Source: a virus
Lineage: Duplodnaviria > Caudoviricetes
Length of the DNA stretch: 54,401 nucleotides
IMG/VR virus record: IMGVR_UViG_3300025327_001907
Location: 1-54,401 of that record
Direction: 5' to 3' (one strand)
Made by a program: the position numbers and the translations under genes. Numbering within the stretch: the first letter of the stretch is position 1; each line of letters opens with the position of its first letter. Below are positions 1-9,357 of the stretch, piece after piece. The notes under the pieces are model-generated. The model was not told the origin of the DNA. It ran no database searches and saw only the letters and a list, made by a program, of their open reading frames with translations.

Positions 1-204
1 TCACCTAGCTACAGGAAGGCGTCCCTTCTGGCGCCGCTGGACGACCGAAATCATGTCTTCGGGGCTCATCGTGTGTCCACACTGAATACAGGTGAACTCC
101 TCCCAGCGGTGGCCGTTCCAGCGATCGACATCGAAGATCATGTCGCCGCCGCACCGGGGACAGGACTTCGAGACAGTGGCGCCGGACTTGAACTGGGATT
201 TCAT
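1..204 (-). CDS. small Zn-ribbon protein (67 aa)
   Basis: CPRC...CIQC; ATG overlaps the upstream stop (ATGA at 201-204). Confidence 0.7.
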   Translation of the reverse strand: MKSQFKSGATVSKSCPRCGGDMIFDVDRWNGHRWEEFTCIQCGHTMSPEDMISVVQRRQKGRLPVAR

Positions 205-2312
205 CGGCGCCCGACCCATTCGTGGAACTGGCGCATCTCCTTGACTGTGGCAAGGTGTAAGACTTCGTGATGGACTTTCCCATGCTTGGGATGCATGAAG
301 AACAGCTCTTGACTGGGCAAGTTCGCCTGTGGGCGAGAACCCGAGATGCTCAAGAGAGAGGGGCCGACGAAACAGCCGCCCTGGATGATGGCGCCACCGA
401 TCTCGTGCTCGGCCTGCTGAGACTCGTGTAGGTGCGCCTTCACGAGGTAGTTGATCGTCTCGCCGATGATCGAGTTGTAGCGGAGTTTGGTGTCGATTGC
501 CCCGGTGTTGTGTTGTCCATACCCGGCACCGATGTAAGTACCAGTGCTGGACGAGATGGTGGCGACTTCTTGCTGACCGACGTATTCCACGGAGTCGATG
601 GGAACTGCCTCTTCCGCAATGAGGTGCATCGCGTCGATGTCCCATTTGTCCCAGAGTTCAAGTAAACGCGCAGGACGAATCTGGCCGAGAAAGCGAAGCT
701 GCTCCGAGCGCCCGCCCTGCACCTGCACCTGCCAGATGTTCCCACCACGCGGAGCCTGACTGAGCGTCTTCTTGTACTGAAAGCCCTTCTCGGTCAGCGC
801 CTCTTCGACAGCGACGAGCAGGCCATTGTCTTGTTGTGTGAACCGAAGACAGGGCCAGCGGTTCTTGCGACCGAATGTAGCCGACCCATCGGCGTCAAAC
901 GCTCCCGCCAGCAGCCCCTCAACACGGTCATTCTTAGGTGCTTCCCACGGGCGCACATAGAGAGAAACCTTCACGCGACTGTCACCGTGTTTGCCGGGGT
1001 ATGTGGTCTGCGCGTAACGCGCGGCAAGCATGTCGGCGCGCGCCCACATTGTCTTACCGGCCCCCTCATTGTGGCCGGGGAACTTCACCAGCAGCCGATG
1101 TTCGTCTGTGACGCGCATCATGTCACCATTGGCGAGCCGCAGGGCGTAGACTGGGGCCACGGTCTTGCCGGTGGCCGTCACGGTGGCGCGACGAAAATGA
1201 CGCTCTTCAGCCTCGTCATCGAATCCGATGATGGGCTGTCCAACGGACAGTTCACCGGCTGGCATCCACCGTAGGTCTTGCGTGAGCACAGGCGTCTCAG
1301 GCGTCATGCAGTACGTCGAGGCAAGACCCTTGACGCCGTGGCCGTGCATGATCAGGAACTTGAAGGCGAGGATCTCCAGCAGCATCACCGGCGACGACGC
1401 GATGTAGAAGTCAATCATGCCGCCCTTCAAAACGCGCACACCGGCCGGAGTCATGGGAAGCCAATCGCCACCCGTGTGAACGCGCACACGATCGGCGATG
1501 TTGCCCCAAGCGGTCAGTTCGAGGTTGTCGGGCGGATATGAGTCACGCGCCTTGGCGGTGATTCGTCCGTGGTTGCCATGCACCTTGTAGACCGTGATGT
1601 GCTTGTAGCGTTCGAGGTAGGACAGGAGGACGTTGCTCATGTCATCCACGAAACCGAGCACCTGGAAACCGACCGGCTCGGCCATCCCGAGCTTCTGTGT
1701 GCCAAACATCTCGCCGTGACCCTCGATGTCATCGCCGAGCGCCAGCAAATGGGCGTTCTCCAGTGTTGTCGTGAGCTGCTCCCGTTGCGTGAAGCGCAGG
1801 ACGAGGTTGCGCCAGCGCACAAGACGCTCGCGCGCCACATCGGGGTCGTAGTAGGCGAAGCCCGCACTCACCCGCGGGTCGATGAAGCTCCCGAAGTGAA
1901 GGTCGTGGAATGGGATGATCGCCTCGATGGGGGAGTCAAACCCCATCTCTTCCAGACGAGTAGCACGAAGCTGGGCTGGCACCGGAGCGAGAGGCCGATA
2001 GTCCGCGAGGAAGGCCGCCGCGTTTTCTTGTAGCTCGCTGCGAAGTTGATCGAGGCTTTCTTCGCGGCGCTTGACCTGCGCCTTCGAACCATCGATGTAG
2101 GCGTACTCCATTCGGATACCAGAGCGTTTGAGAACGCTGTACACCGATTCGCGAGACAGGGCAACAGCGAACTCCTCGTTCACGGCTGCCGCAATCTCGG
2201 TGACGGACAGCTCACCGGCCGATCCCAGCGCGACCATCCGCTCCTTGATCTTCTTGGCACGCGCCTTGGATATCTCCCTCAGGGTGGTGGGTGTCGTTCG
2301 ACCGCGTGCCAT
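201..2312 (-). CDS. calcineurin-like metallophosphoesterase with N-terminal HTH-like region, interrupted by an intein
   Basis: Motifs DLHFG, LGDD, GNHG, HGHG, AHLH in canonical order; intein between HGH and HxH motifs. Confidence 0.85.
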   Translation of the reverse strand: MARGRTTPTTLREISKARAKKIKERMVALGSAGELSVTEIAAAVNEEFAVALSRESVYSVLKRSGIRMEYAYIDGSKAQVKRREESLDQLRSELQENAAAFLADYRPLAPVPAQLRATRLEEMGFDSPIEAIIPFHDLHFGSFIDPRVSAGFAYYDPDVARERLVRWRNLVLRFTQREQLTTTLENAHLLALGDDIEGHGEMFGTQKLGMAEPVGFQVLGFVDDMSNVLLSYLERYKHITVYKVHGNHGRITAKARDSYPPDNLELTAWGNIADRVRVHTGGDWLPMTPAGVRVLKGGMIDFYIASSPVMLLEILAFKFLIMHGHGVKGLASTYCMTPETPVLTQDLRWMPAGELSVGQPIIGFDDEAEERHFRRATVTATGKTVAPVYALRLANGDMMRVTDEHRLLVKFPGHNEGAGKTMWARADMLAARYAQTTYPGKHGDSRVKVSLYVRPWEAPKNDRVEGLLAGAFDADGSATFGRKNRWPCLRFTQQDNGLLVAVEEALTEKGFQYKKTLSQAPRGGNIWQVQVQGGRSEQLRFLGQIRPARLLELWDKWDIDAMHLIAEEAVPIDSVEYVGQQEVATISSSTGTYIGAGYGQHNTGAIDTKLRYNSIIGETINYLVKAHLHESQQAEHEIGGAIIQGGCFVGPSLLSISGSRPQANLPSQELFFMHPKHGKVHHEVLHLATVKEMRQFHEWVGRR
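507..1310 (-). mobile_element. intein (268 aa) with LAGLIDADG homing endonuclease domain
   Basis: Starts CMTPETPVLT, block B VTDEHRLLV, LLAGAFDADGS, ends GYGQHN followed by +1 Thr. Confidence 0.92.
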
Positions 2313-2327
2313 TCTCTGCTCCGTTTC

Positions 2328-2813
2328 CTAGTGCCCTTGCAAGACCAGCCGGCCGTAGGCAGCAATGGCCGTTGCATCGTAGAGATCCTGCGGTTCGTCG
2401 GTGGGAAGATCCGGGAAGGCTGTCAGTACCCACGCCTTGATGTCGTCTTTGTTCGCCTTCCCGGTACCGAGCAATGTTCTCTTCCAGACCATGTTGTCCA
2501 CGATCGAGTGTTTGATCCCGAACCGGACGAAGGCACTCAGGTAGACACCAAGGACGATGACCTGGAGATCGTGGGAAGTGACGTTTGCCTTCCCGCCGAA
2601 GCGCTGGAGAGTTGGCTTTTCGATGTAGACCCAATCGACATCCGCGTTGTCCGCGCACCACTTTTCGACTGCCTCTACAAGCAGTGGTAGGCGGGCCTCG
2701 GCCGTCTTGCCCTTGGCCCGTATCTGCAACGTGCCAGGACGTTCCGCGGCCGACGTATCGATCAGTGCGACGTTCAGCGCCTTGGTATCCGGGTCGCATC
2801 CAACTACGCGCAT
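2328..2813 (-). CDS. ruvC: RuvC-like Holliday junction resolvase
   Basis: N-terminal VVGCDP, YIEKP, WKR..GKANKDD, QDLYDATAIA. Confidence 0.85.
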   Translation of the reverse strand: MRVVGCDPDTKALNVALIDTSAAERPGTLQIRAKGKTAEARLPLLVEAVEKWCADNADVDWVYIEKPTLQRFGGKANVTSHDLQVIVLGVYLSAFVRFGIKHSIVDNMVWKRTLLGTGKANKDDIKAWVLTAFPDLPTDEPQDLYDATAIAAYGRLVLQGH

Positions 2814-2845
2814 CGGCCTCGCCCCCTTCGGCTGCTTCAGCCGAA

Positions 2846-2867
2846 ATTATAGCGAGGGCACGAAAAT
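2846..2867 (-). promoter_or_regulatory. class I promoter (ATTT-N12-TATAAT)
   Basis: Perfect -10 hexamer upstream of ruvC; same spacing at five other sites. Confidence 0.65.
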
Positions 2868-3547
2868 TATTGTGAGGGCGCCCGAAGCGTGCGCACGCGT
2901 GTCGTGGAGACCTTGGCTCCCTCCACCAGCTCAAACTGGTAGGCGGCATCCGCAACCTCCACGAATTCGCGTTCATGTGTAATCAGAATCAACTGGAACT
3001 TGAGACGAGTGGTTAAGACCCCAACCAGCTCCGCAACCGGGCGCCGGAACTCGGGGCTGACCTGCGCAAAGGGCTCATCAAGGACAAGGAGCCGGCGGAG
3101 GGCCGGCCGGGCGGCCATAATGAGCAGTACCCGCACGAGGAAGGCCGTGACGACGGCGTACCCACCTCCCTGGGCACCTTCGATGCCGGTCTCCAACTCT
3201 CCCCGGCGCATGCGGAATTCCAGTGCCGTAAGGTCACCCTTAGTCTTGGACTCAAGCCGGATCTCGATACGTTCCCCGAATACGGTGGATAAGCCGTCGG
3301 AAACAACGGTCTCCAATGCCTCCTCAAACGTCCGCTGCCAGGCCCGTTCCATGCCCTGGAGGATCTGGAGCACCTCCTCCAGTATCTCGGCATCGGTTGA
3401 GGCCGCGGCTGCACGTTCGGCAGCGGCGCGAAGGTTCTCGGCCACGGTTGAACGTGCCCCTTCAACACGCGCGATGTCGTTCGCGAGAAGGTTTGAATGA
3501 CGTGCCAGTCCAGCGGCGGTGCTCTCGATCTCGGCGAGTTTGCTCAC
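2867..3547 (-). CDS. sbcC: SbcC/Rad50 C-terminal half (coil, signature, Walker B, H-switch)
   Basis: AQGGG signature, LVLDEPF, ILITHE; no Walker A. Confidence 0.85.
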   Translation of the reverse strand: MSKLAEIESTAAGLARHSNLLANDIARVEGARSTVAENLRAAAERAAAASTDAEILEEVLQILQGMERAWQRTFEEALETVVSDGLSTVFGERIEIRLESKTKGDLTALEFRMRRGELETGIEGAQGGGYAVVTAFLVRVLLIMAARPALRRLLVLDEPFAQVSPEFRRPVAELVGVLTTRLKFQLILITHEREFVEVADAAYQFELVEGAKVSTTRVRTLRAPSQ

Positions 3548-3819
3548 GACGCGGCTCCCCGGAGTACGTGACTCACCCGGTCGAGACTGGTCTGAATCTT
3601 CGTTAGCTTCTTGCGCGCTTCGTCCACAAGAGCGTCGATCTGGGCGTCGAGATCCTTGTCCGAGTCAATGCCGGCGTCTCGCAGTTCTTGTTCAACCTGG
3701 GCCATTGTCTTCTGAGCATCACTGACACGTGCATCCGCAGCGGCGGCAGCCTGTCGAGCGGAATCGAGGTCGGCGCGCAGCTCCAGCGCACGCTCAACGG
3801 CGGACTGTTGTTTCGGCAT
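3544..3819 (-). CDS. small coiled-coil protein, possible middle segment of split SbcC
   Basis: Heptad-rich 91 aa; AGGAG RBS; GTGA coupling to the SbcC C-half. Confidence 0.7.
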   Translation of the reverse strand: MPKQQSAVERALELRADLDSARQAAAAADARVSDAQKTMAQVEQELRDAGIDSDKDLDAQIDALVDEARKKLTKIQTSLDRVSHVLRGAAS

Positions 3820-4783
3820 GGTCGTTCTCCTGCAAATAGCGTCGAAGGCGCTGGACGACTTCCGGTGATTTGCCCTTCGTCAGTGTGCTGATCAAATCGT
3901 CGAGCGGAGTCTCGTCAACTTCAAGTGGCAACATGAGGGCATCGGCGAAACCTTCAATTCCCAAGCCCTCTATTTCTTCGGGGCTCTCCTGAAAGACCTC
4001 GGATGGGGGGAGAGCCGTTGTAAGCCGCCGGATCTCGAAATCGATCTGTCCCTTCTCCAGAGAAACCAACAACACGGCCGGTCGTCTGTTGAGACTGCTC
4101 GGACTCGCGTCCACGCGTGCAAGAGAGCCCACATTGGCGAACCAGCAGCCACTCGGAAGTTCATGCACTCCCAGCTCGTCGTGAATATGCGCGCCGTGCA
4201 ATACGTCTATGCAGTCTGTCTGCAAGTTCGAGACTTTGTGATGTGCGTAGATCGGATCGTGGCCTTTCGGAAAAATGGCGGCATGCGCAATCATAATTGT
4301 GTACGTGGCGAGCCGCGTCATCTCGCGCTCTTTCGGTGTGAGATCGAGCGCTGTGGGGACGTGATCGATGTACGGTTCCCAGTTTCGCGGCACAAGTAGA
4401 GCCGACTCACCGGCGAACGGCCCCACGACCAACGGCTCCGAGAGCCAGTGGAACGCGCCCGCTTCCGCCAGCACTCCAAAGGGCATGCGGCCAATCGAGC
4501 CGACGCCTTCGTAGGACAGATCGTGGTTACCGGCGATGGCGTAGACCGGACACGGAGCCTCTTTGAATAAGCCAAGAAGCTGAATCAATGTCCGATAGGC
4601 AACAATCCAGCCCCGAAACTTGTGAAAAAGATCGCCGCTGATCAAGATGAAATCGCACTGCGACGCGCGCGCGATGTCCCAGCATTCGTAGAGTTTCGCC
4701 ATGATCTGCTGACCATACTCAGGTGTTCGGCTGGCCGGTGGCGTATCCGAAACATGACAGTCGTTTACGACGAGATATCTCAT
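3794..4783 (-). CDS. sbcD: SbcD/Mre11-like nuclease
   Basis: NDCH, GDLFH, AGNHD, GAHIH, NVGSL; start taken at MRYLVV (TGATG overlap). Confidence 0.9.
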   Translation of the reverse strand: MRYLVVNDCHVSDTPPASRTPEYGQQIMAKLYECWDIARASQCDFILISGDLFHKFRGWIVAYRTLIQLLGLFKEAPCPVYAIAGNHDLSYEGVGSIGRMPFGVLAEAGAFHWLSEPLVVGPFAGESALLVPRNWEPYIDHVPTALDLTPKEREMTRLATYTIMIAHAAIFPKGHDPIYAHHKVSNLQTDCIDVLHGAHIHDELGVHELPSGCWFANVGSLARVDASPSSLNRRPAVLLVSLEKGQIDFEIRRLTTALPPSEVFQESPEEIEGLGIEGFADALMLPLEVDETPLDDLISTLTKGKSPEVVQRLRRYLQENDHAETTVRR

Positions 4784-5724
4784 CACGCCCGCTCCAGCTT
4801 GCCGCTGCCGCCGCACATGGGACAGGCACCGATGGACTCTACGAACGTGTCGTAGGCATTGGTCGCGGCCGAAACAGCCTCACGCGCCGCCTCGGATTCT
4901 GCCTGTGCTACGTCTAGCAGAGCCGATGCGCGGCGATAGTTCCTGATCTTGGCGGTCACCGCTTCCGCGCGTTCAACAGCCGCGGCGGCCGCGTTCAACG
5001 CCTTTTCCGATGGCACCTCAAGCTCGGCGAGGCGTTTCGCCACGGTCAACTTGTCAGTCAACGCGTCGATCGTCTGCACTTGGTCGATGAGGGCGTTCAC
5101 CGTGGTCATCGCCGGCGCCACTCCCGCCATTGCGTCTGCGAGTTCATCCGGGTCTGGAAACGTCTCAAGTTGTTCCTTGAGTCGATCTCCCTCTTCCTGA
5201 TCCGCCTGCGCCCGACGTTCGGCGCGCGTGCGGTCGCGGCGACATTCAACCTGGGCCTCGACGATGAGCTGGAGCTTCGTCAAACGGCCCAGTGCGCGAG
5301 CGACCATCGTTTGGGATTCCATGAGTAGGAGCGGCAGGTCGTGTTGATCCTGAAACTGAGGGCGAAGAGTGAGGTCTTTGTCAATGTCGATACGACGGAC
5401 AGCCAACGCCTCCGCCACCTCATCGGGTACGGCGCGTCCGGTGCGTGTGAACAGCTTTCCATCGAGTGTGTAGGTGGCACCCTTGTCGCGATGCTTTTCC
5501 CAGACCAGCTCGCGTCCGCCGTCAAACGCGAGAGTCACAGTCGCCTTCTGTTTCCCGAACCGGATGAAGTCTTCACCGACCTGGCCGAACAACGCTGCGG
5601 CAAGCGCCCGGCGCAAGGCGGATTTTCCGCGCCCTGACGGCCCTACGATGACAGTCAGGCGGCCGAAGGCGAGATGGGCCTCCTCGATGGACTGGTAGTT
5701 CGTGATCTCAACAGACTCAAGCAT
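4783..5724 (-). CDS. sbcC: SbcC/Rad50 N-terminal half (Walker A, Q-loop, coil, terminal Zn hook)
   Basis: MLESVEITNYQS, GPSGRGKS, QFQDQ, ends CPMCGGSGKLERA. Confidence 0.87.
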   Translation of the reverse strand: MLESVEITNYQSIEEAHLAFGRLTVIVGPSGRGKSALRRALAAALFGQVGEDFIRFGKQKATVTLAFDGGRELVWEKHRDKGATYTLDGKLFTRTGRAVPDEVAEALAVRRIDIDKDLTLRPQFQDQHDLPLLLMESQTMVARALGRLTKLQLIVEAQVECRRDRTRAERRAQADQEEGDRLKEQLETFPDPDELADAMAGVAPAMTTVNALIDQVQTIDALTDKLTVAKRLAELEVPSEKALNAAAAAVERAEAVTAKIRNYRRASALLDVAQAESEAAREAVSAATNAYDTFVESIGACPMCGGSGKLERA

Positions 5725-6295
5725 GGACAGGCATCCTGAGATATTCGGCCAGCGAGTCCATATCGCGGAGATCACCGAACCGAATCGCGATGTTGAGCGT
5801 GGTCGCCAATGCCGGCCCGTTTCCGAGACGGTCACCGGGCATTACGGTGTAGGAGCGAGCAAGCCACTCGTCACGCGCGAGCCATCCAACAAGCCAGGCG
5901 CGGTGGAGGCGTCCCGAGACACAGACGAAAAGGATCAAGTCGCGAGTTGGGGGCGGAAGACGGTCGTACGATGTGTTGAACGTGTCTCGAAGTGTGGGTT
6001 CGGAAAAGATACGACGGGAGCGAACTTCGATGCGGCGTCCTTCAAGACGAAGGTCTCCATCATCGTCGCGGCGCCGCGGGTCACGTGTTGCGTTTTTCAT
6101 CCATTCGTCAAGCGGGACTTCAGGATGTGCCCAGTGAAACGCGGCCCATTCACCGAGGAACCCGATCAGGATCGATGAAATGCGGTTCTCTCGGTTGTAC
6201 GTCAGCGGGGGCACGCGGAGGTTCAGCTTGGGGATAGCCTGGCGGATTGCCTCGACTTCGCCCGTTGATAGATGAACCTCCAGCGGCCCCCGCAT
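5717..6295 (-). CDS. putative PD-(D/E)XK-fold nuclease
   Basis: GFLGEWA...DGDL...IEVRS pattern; GGGAG RBS before MRGPL. Confidence 0.55.
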   Translation of the reverse strand: MRGPLEVHLSTGEVEAIRQAIPKLNLRVPPLTYNRENRISSILIGFLGEWAAFHWAHPEVPLDEWMKNATRDPRRRDDDGDLRLEGRRIEVRSRRIFSEPTLRDTFNTSYDRLPPPTRDLILFVCVSGRLHRAWLVGWLARDEWLARSYTVMPGDRLGNGPALATTLNIAIRFGDLRDMDSLAEYLRMPVHA

Positions 6296-6314
6296 AACGA
6301 CTTCTCCCTTGGTC

Positions 6315-7166
6315 TCAGCCGCGGCGGCCGCGGCTGAGCGCGCCGGCCGCGAGGGCAAGAGCAGAGACGACAAACAAGAAGCCGACGATCGACAACAGGA
6401 ACACAACGTCCCGGCCCACGGATCGCGGGTTCGGCCCGTCACCCGTATCCGGCAGATCGATCACCACTGCCGGTGGCTGGTCTTCAGTCGGCTCCGGCGC
6501 CGGTGTATCCGTTGGCTCCTGCGTCACACATGCCAGCACGTCGGTGCAAGGGATATCGGTCGGCGTCGCCGTGTTGGTCGGAGTCCGGGTCGGCCGAGGT
6601 GTGTCCGTTGCCGTCGGAGTCGGAGTCGGAGTCGAAGTCGAAGTCGAAGTCGAAGTCGAAGTCGAGGTCGCCGTGTTGGTCGCGGTTGGCGTATCCGTCG
6701 GCGTGAAGGTCGGAGTCGGCGTATCCGTGGGTGTCTCAGTCGGCGTTTCCGTCGGAGTGAACGTGAAAGTCGGAGTCGGCGTATTCGTAGCCGTGGGTGT
6801 CGCGCACAGGTTGCCGTTCGCAGCCGCCGATCCCTTCGCCCCGTTATCGTCGTCGAACCGGATGCGCCAGATATCGCCGGTCACATGACCACTTCTCGGG
6901 ACGACCACGATGGACGTGCCGGGCTCCAACAAGGTGATGTTCGTGTTGGGGACGAAGATGCTACTCCACGACCACTCCATGTCACCGTTGGGCTCATTGC
7001 CAAGCGTGACCTGGAAGCGGAACGTGTTAGCGTCCGTCGCACACAGCGCGGTGACCTGCGGGTTTGACCACGCGAAGGCCGGCGTTGCCGGCCGAGAGAC
7101 GGTCGCAAACAGCGCCGCTGCCGCGACTGCCAAGGCAATCACTGATCCGTAAATCCACTTCTTCAT
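6315..7166 (-). CDS. secreted Thr/Pro-rich surface protein with LPXTG sorting signal
   Basis: Signal peptide ending PAFA; (TP)n/(ST)n linker; LPDTG + TM helix + RGRRG tail. Confidence 0.85.
   Translation of the reverse strand: MKKWIYGSVIALAVAAAALFATVSRPATPAFAWSNPQVTALCATDANTFRFQVTLGNEPNGDMEWSWSSIFVPNTNITLLEPGTSIVVVPRSGHVTGDIWRIRFDDDNGAKGSAAANGNLCATPTATNTPTPTFTFTPTETPTETPTDTPTPTFTPTDTPTATNTATSTSTSTSTSTSTPTPTPTATDTPRPTRTPTNTATPTDIPCTDVLACVTQEPTDTPAPEPTEDQPPAVVIDLPDTGDGPNPRSVGRDVVFLLSIVGFLFVVSALALAAGALSRGRRG
6613..6666. repeat. hexamer tandem repeat (GTCGGA)3(GTCGAA)5GTCGAG
   Basis: Read directly; encodes the ST/TP linker. Confidence 0.9.
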
Positions 7167-8320
7167 TCTGGTTCTTCTTCCTCCTGCTCTTCGTGGGTGG
7201 GTGATTCCTGCGCGGGGTCACTCACCCCGTTCAGATACTTTTCCTTGGCCGCGAGCGGCCAGAGCGTCTCACGGGCTGCGTCGAGAATCTTCTCGCGCAG
7301 GCCCAGCGTCTCATCGAGCACGGCGCCGAAGGTAGCCTCGGTGAACGACTTCTCCGAGTCGGGAAGGCGGTAGTACGACCCGCGCTTGATCAACATGCCG
7401 AGCTTGAGAGCGGTCTCGAAGTACGCGTAGTCGTTGTCGAATCCCGTGTCGAACAGACAGTGCGCCTCGAATGTCCCGAAGGGATGGGAGCACTTGTTCT
7501 TGACCACCTTGCCCTTGACCTTGACGCCATAGGTGATCACCTTGTCACCGGAGCCGCGCTTCAGCTCGCCGGCCTTGTACATATTGATGATCACGCTGGC
7601 GTAGAACTGGAGCGGGCGCTTGGCCACCATCGAGTCCTTCTCGTCGGTGTTGCCCATGCCGGCCCACGGCCCCATGTTCACGGCCTCGCTGTTCTGGTTG
7701 ATGATCACCAGACACACCTGGCTCTGTGCGATCTTCTTGCTGATGCGCCGGAGTGCTTGGCGCATCAGCGAAGCGTGGGCACCAGCACGCTGCGACTCAC
7801 CGAACTCGTTCTCCAGCGATGCCGCGGTGTCCGTGGCGGCCACGCTGTCCCAGACGATCGTGAGGAGTGTGTCGGGAGACTCCTCACGGGTCGCTTCGAT
7901 GATTTCTTCGATGAGCTTGATCGTGTCTTCAATGGTCTGCGGCTGTCTAACGATGAGACCGTCTGGGTCGTTCTCGTTAGTGTTGATACCCATCTTCTGG
8001 GAGCGGTATTCGTCGTAGGCGAACTCCGTGTCGAGGAGGACGGCCACCCCGCCGCGTTGCAGCGTCTCCTGACAGAGGTGCAGGCCGAGCGTGGACTTCG
8101 CTGCCTGCTCCCAGCCGCGGATGACTGTCAGACGACCAACGGGGGCACCGGGCATGCGCAGCGCGAGATCGATCGCGAGACAGCGCGTCGAGATGAAATC
8201 GTGTGGAGCGCCAAGGATATCCGCCGGCACAGCTCCTTCAATCTTCGCGATGATCGAGTCTCGAAGAGAAGACGCTTGCGTTGGTGTTTTTGTGGTCGTC
8301 GTCTTGCGAGTGCGGGGCAC
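7163..8320 (-). CDS. recA: RecA/UvsX recombinase
   Basis: [26 protein letters not shown]; variant Walker [10 protein letters not shown]. Confidence 0.92.
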   Translation of the reverse strand: MPRTRKTTTTKTPTQASSLRDSIIAKIEGAVPADILGAPHDFISTRCLAIDLALRMPGAPVGRLTVIRGWEQAAKSTLGLHLCQETLQRGGVAVLLDTEFAYDEYRSQKMGINTNENDPDGLIVRQPQTIEDTIKLIEEIIEATREESPDTLLTIVWDSVAATDTAASLENEFGESQRAGAHASLMRQALRRISKKIAQSQVCLVIINQNSEAVNMGPWAGMGNTDEKDSMVAKRPLQFYASVIINMYKAGELKRGSGDKVITYGVKVKGKVVKNKCSHPFGTFEAHCLFDTGFDNDYAYFETALKLGMLIKRGSYYRLPDSEKSFTEATFGAVLDETLGLREKILDAARETLWPLAAKEKYLNGVSDPAQESPTHEEQEEEEPE

Positions 8321-8323
8321 GGG

Positions 8324-9283
8324 TTAGTCCAGACTCCTCACACGGCCGCGGAGCCGGCTGTTGCCGGAAGTCGCGGGCGCCTGATGCTCGGTGGTTTCCG
8401 CCGCACGACGGCGCGGCGTCGGTGCGGGATCGGGGGCATCCACCGGATCTGGTGGGGCCGCCCGGCGCCCCCGGGCGGGTGGCGGAGAAGCTGTGGGCTC
8501 CTCGCTGTTCCCTGGGTCTTCCGGGTCATCCTCGGATTCCTGCGTGGGCTGTCGCGGCGCCGGTTCGCGCCGCTCGGTCGTCTGCCGTGCGGCCGGGGCG
8601 GATGTGCCGTTGTAGATGGCCTCCATCTCGGCGTCGGACTTGAACTCCTGAACCCTCGATAGATCGGGCAGCTCGAAGGTCTCGTTGGCGATTTCCTGGT
8701 AAAGGGCGGCCACGCTGTCGCTCGGGTGGTTGAGCAACTTGGACGACGGGAACTTGCTGTTCTGGCGTGCGGGTTGCACGTCGTATTTCGTCGTCTGTCC
8801 CTGCCCTTCCTTGATCACGATGAGGTCGTAGCCGTCGTTCAGACTGCTCATGTCGCCGTATTCGTCCTCGTTCAAGTAAAGGCGCTTGATCACCTTGAAG
8901 CACTGCGTCGGCGGGCAGCGCCAGACCTGAACGCCATCCTCGGGGTGGTTGACATCGACGATGTTGATCAGGTAGCCGACACGAACGGAGATGGTGTCGC
9001 CTTCCTCCGCGTCCTCCGGCGCCTGGCTCTTCTTGAGGCGCTTCGCCAGACGGCAGAGGAAGCAGGAGTCGCGGACGCCGGATTCTTCGGGACAGGCCAC
9101 GGGCGCCTCGTCAGGGCCGACGCCGAAGTGCGTGCCCGTGCGGTACCAGAATCTGTCCGCTTCGGGTGAGTACGGTGGCATCACGCGGAGGCGGTTCTCG
9201 CCGTCGGCTGCCTTCCAGAAATCGCTGCCGGAGCCGACCTTCTCCTGCTGCATGGTGTCGCGATTGGTCTTCCCGTAAGGCAT
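8324..9283 (-). CDS. gp32-like single-stranded DNA-binding protein
   Basis: FWK..GENRLRVMPP, H..CP..CFLC Zn site, GYDLIVIKEGQG..TKY, acidic low-complexity tail; GAGGAG RBS. Confidence 0.8.
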   Translation of the reverse strand: MPYGKTNRDTMQQEKVGSGSDFWKAADGENRLRVMPPYSPEADRFWYRTGTHFGVGPDEAPVACPEESGVRDSCFLCRLAKRLKKSQAPEDAEEGDTISVRVGYLINIVDVNHPEDGVQVWRCPPTQCFKVIKRLYLNEDEYGDMSSLNDGYDLIVIKEGQGQTTKYDVQPARQNSKFPSSKLLNHPSDSVAALYQEIANETFELPDLSRVQEFKSDAEMEAIYNGTSAPAARQTTERREPAPRQPTQESEDDPEDPGNSEEPTASPPPARGRRAAPPDPVDAPDPAPTPRRRAAETTEHQAPATSGNSRLRGRVRSLD

Positions 9284-9326
9284 CGAACCCCTCCTCGCGG
9301 GACGATCGCCCGCGCTTCTCACTCAA

Positions 9327-9348
9327 AATCTAGGGAGGTGCGAGAAAT
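9327..9348 (-). promoter_or_regulatory. class I promoter (ATTT-N12-TAGATT)
   Basis: Intergenic, upstream of SSB. Confidence 0.6.
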
Positions 9349-9357
9349 AAAACAAGC

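Noticed and set aside
2867-5724. SbcC pseudogene or assembly frameshift
   Set aside because: An intact sbcD lies between the halves, and all parts keep catalytic motifs and coupled starts
4783-5835. Long N-terminal extensions in the ORF track (also 9815-10891, 36110-37831, 45689-46354, 46693-47112)
   Set aside because: They overlap upstream genes; downstream starts have an RBS or coupling and match family N-termini
7460-8662. Long plus-strand ORFs opposite real genes (also 37734-38813, 33153-34082, 38903-39832)
   Set aside because: Antisense shadows expected in GC-rich DNA; no motifs or RBS
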